Below, piece by piece: positions 63,620-64,000 of a stretch of 64,000 nt of DNA (its first letter is position 1; every line of letters begins with the position of its first letter). Source of the DNA: Lingula anatina (Eukaryota; Animalia; Brachiopoda); the NCBI GenBank assembly GCA_051362555.1, contig CM120642.1, forward strand, positions 20,708,001-20,772,000, read 5' to 3'. Position numbers and translations under genes: made by a program. The notes under the pieces were generated by a model. That model ran no database searches, was not told the origin of the DNA, and saw only the letters and a list, made by a program, of their open reading frames with translations.

Positions 63620-64000
63620 CAAAGTTAAGTTCATCGCAAGGTAGGTCAAAGGTCAATTCCAAGGTCACAGTAAATTGCCAGTATATGACTTCCTATTCAA
63701 CTTCAATAGTAACTATGGGCCTATCTCTGCCAGGTTTGGAGTTAAAAGAGAAAGAAATTAGCAGAGTTCAGTTCATGATAATAAGTAGGTCAAAGGTCAA
63801 TTTCAAGGTCACACTTAGATTGCCAGTATATGACTTCCTATTCACGTTCAATAGTAACTATGGACCTATCTCTGCCAGTTTTGGAGATAAAGGGGAAGCA
63901 AACTATGCAAAGTTCAGTTCATGGTGAAAAGTAGGTCAAAGGTCAATTTTAAGGTCACATGTAGATTGCCAGTATATGACTTCCTGTTCAAGTTCAATAG
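63620..64000. repeat. ~145-bp tandem array (at least 2.5 copies), probably the internal satellite of a Helentron-like element; runs off the window
   Basis: Unit GTAGGTCAAAGGTCAATT..AAGGTCAC..ATTGCCAGTATATGACTTCCT starts at 63641, 63785 and 63931. Confidence 0.85.

Noticed and set aside
63535-63927. 130-aa ORF on +
   Set aside because: It is a translation of the 145-bp tandem repeat, with no recognisable domain.

Overview
AT-rich, intron-rich animal genomic DNA; the repeat types suggest an invertebrate, possibly a mollusc (inference). Exon by exon I can reconstruct: the 3' end of an unidentified gene (+, 1-702); a complete 18-exon Hsp110/HSPA4-family gene (-, 2278-17617); a complete 19-exon PLK4 gene (+, 18210-30917) head-to-head with it across a 592-bp promoter region carrying a heat-shock element, CCAAT boxes, a CHR-like site and two uORFs; a long anoctamin/TMEM16 gene (-, ~32624-53617) with a duplicated, probably mutually exclusive TM10 exon pair and one apparent frameshift; and the last exon of a membrane-protein gene (-, 63069-63296). 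Mobile elements include a Harbinger-type MITE, a decayed Pangu-like PIF/Harbinger transposon, a nested hAT-like element, a decayed Tc1/mariner and Helentron-like repeats. The most unusual object is a very young 2.5-kb LTR element in an anoctamin intron (near-identical 405-bp LTRs, PBS, PPT, 4-bp TSD) that has no gag/pol but carries an intact 353-codon acidic ORF. All coordinates were read by eye and no database searches were run.
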